NCBI GenBank assembly: GCA_039029735.1
Contig: JBCCFL010000007.1
Coordinates: forward strand, 96,784 to 160,783
Origin: Actinomycetota bacterium
GTDB lineage: Bacteria; Actinomycetota; Acidimicrobiia; Acidimicrobiales; SZUA-35
Length of the DNA stretch: 64,000 nucleotides
Direction: 5' to 3'
The translations under genes were made by a program, and so were the position numbers. The notes beneath the pieces were generated by a model. It saw only the letters and a program-made list of their open reading frames with translations. It made no database searches and was not told the origin of the DNA. Below, in pieces: positions 62,941 through 64,000 of the stretch (positions are counted from its first letter, which is position 1; the number at the start of each line of letters is the position of its first letter).

Positions 62941-64000
62941 ATGGTTCGACTGAGCGACCTCCACCCCACCGAGGCTGAGCACATGCGGGCGAGGGCCGCG
63001 GCGATGGAGCGCATCGAGCCTGGGCCATGGCTGACGGCCCCGCCACTGGCGGAGGCCACGGTGGCGATCGTGTCGACCGCCGGGCTGCACCGCCGCAGCG
63101 ACGAGCCATTCAAGCCGGGCGCCATCGACTACCGCCTGCTGCCGGGCGACGTGGACTTCGCCGACGTGGTTGTGTCGCACGTGAGCACGAACTTCGATCG
63201 CAGTGCCTTCCAGCAGGATCCGAACATCTGGTTCCCGCTCGACCGGCTGCGCGCCATGGTGGCCGACGGCGAGGTGGGCGGCGTCGCCCGCTGGCACTAC
63301 TCGTTCATGGGGGCCCAGCCGAATCACGCCGCGCTCGCCCCCGCCGGTGAGGAGGTGGGCCGGCTCCTCGCCAACGACGGGGTGGACATCGCTCTCCTCG
63401 TCCCGGTTTGACCGATCTGCACGGGCGCGGTCGGCGCCCTCTCCCACTACATCGAGCGGGCGGGCGTGGCCACCACGTCGATCAGCCTGATCCGCGAGCA
63501 GAGCGAAGCCGTTGGCCCACCCCGAGCGCTGTGGGTGCCGTTCGCGCTGGGGCGTCCGCTCGGTTCGTCCGACGATCCTGAGTTCCAGACGAACGTGCTC
63601 CGGGCCGCGTTCGGGTTGCTCGACTCAGCGACTGAGCCAACGATCGAGGACTACCCCGTCGAGGCGCCAGAGGAGGCCGGGCCCGAGGCCTGGTCGTGCC
63701 CGCTCAACCTCCCGATGCCGGAGGCGACATCGCTCACCGACCGGTTGCTCGCCGAGGTGGCCCGCCTGGCCCCGTGGTCGGCGGAAACTCGAACGGCCCG
63801 GGGCCGCACCTTGTTCGGGGCCACCGGAGCCGAGCCCGATCAGGTCGAGGCTGTGGCCCGAGCACTCGGCGAGATCGCCGACAGCGGTGAGGCGACCCTG
63901 GCACCCGACGTCGGGATCGACTGGGCGTTCGAGATGCCCGTGCTCGTCCGTCATCTCGCGGATGACCTCCGCACCTTCTATCACGAGGCAATCGCCGCCC
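62941..64000 (+). CDS. GrdB/PrdB-family (glycine/sarcosine/betaine/D-proline reductase selenoprotein B-like) protein. In-frame TGA 63409-63411 proposed as selenocysteine. 3' end outside window.
   Basis: N-terminal part VAIVSTAGLH..DYRLLPGD..VSHVSTNFD..DPNIWFPLDRLRAMV fits the GRDB family. The frame stays open with high GC3 after the TGA (PICTGAVGALSHYIERAGVATTSISLIREQSEAVGPPRALWVPFALGRPLG), which is still GRDB-like. U-P-I-C motif. Confidence 0.65.
63423..63439 (+). promoter_or_regulatory. Candidate bacterial SECIS hairpin
   Basis: GGGCGC-GGTCG-GCGCCC starts 11 nt after the in-frame TGA. The apical loop contains GGTC. Confidence 0.5.

Overview
High-GC (about 68-70%) actinobacterial chromosomal segment, possibly Acidimicrobiia-like (low-confidence guess). 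It is densely coded with about 55 protein genes and one tRNA, and has no rRNA, CRISPR array, transposase or integrase. Recognisable content, left to right: a photolyase-family gene cut by the window edge, methyltransferase, ppx/gppA, prmA, nitronate monooxygenase, rhodanese sulfurtransferase, and cell-envelope proteins (DUF4214, lytic transglycosylase, TolB-like lipoprotein). Then a MarR regulator divergent from an extradiol dioxygenase, surE, a tandem glycine riboswitch driving gcvT-gcvP, DUF3499, hsp20, two tandem sulfotransferases, an alkyltransferase-like (ATL) protein, an HD protein and a GH3 beta-glucosidase. Then arfB, a Phd/VapC toxin-antitoxin pair, a membrane trypsin-like protease, a lipid kinase, an ECF sigma factor, a GNAT with a proline-rich repeat tail, and an orphan soluble MCP. 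tRNA-Arg(CCT) is followed by an uncharacterised membrane/secreted gene block, then a fused double CoA-transferase. Next come a SARP/AfsR-type regulator with a BVMO and an SDR, an ArsR/SRPBCC pair, two dimethylglycine/sarcosine dehydrogenase paralogs flanking a TetR, an ssuD-like monooxygenase, a GATase and a second TetR. The most interesting call is at the right edge. A GrdB/PrdB-family (selenoprotein B-like) gene has an in-frame TGA at 63409-63411 in a U-x-x-C context. A GC hairpin starts 11 nt downstream of it, and the coding frame continues to the window end, so this is a likely selenocysteine gene that a standard ORF caller truncates. Other leads: 11-bp-spaced heptamer direct repeats and a small well-formed ORF next to the SARP gene, a 17-bp direct repeat bracketing about 0.5 kb between the sulfotransferase and ATL genes, several strong AT-rich palindromic operators, and a probable frameshifted gene. 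All functional calls rest on motif recognition by eye. No database searches were run.
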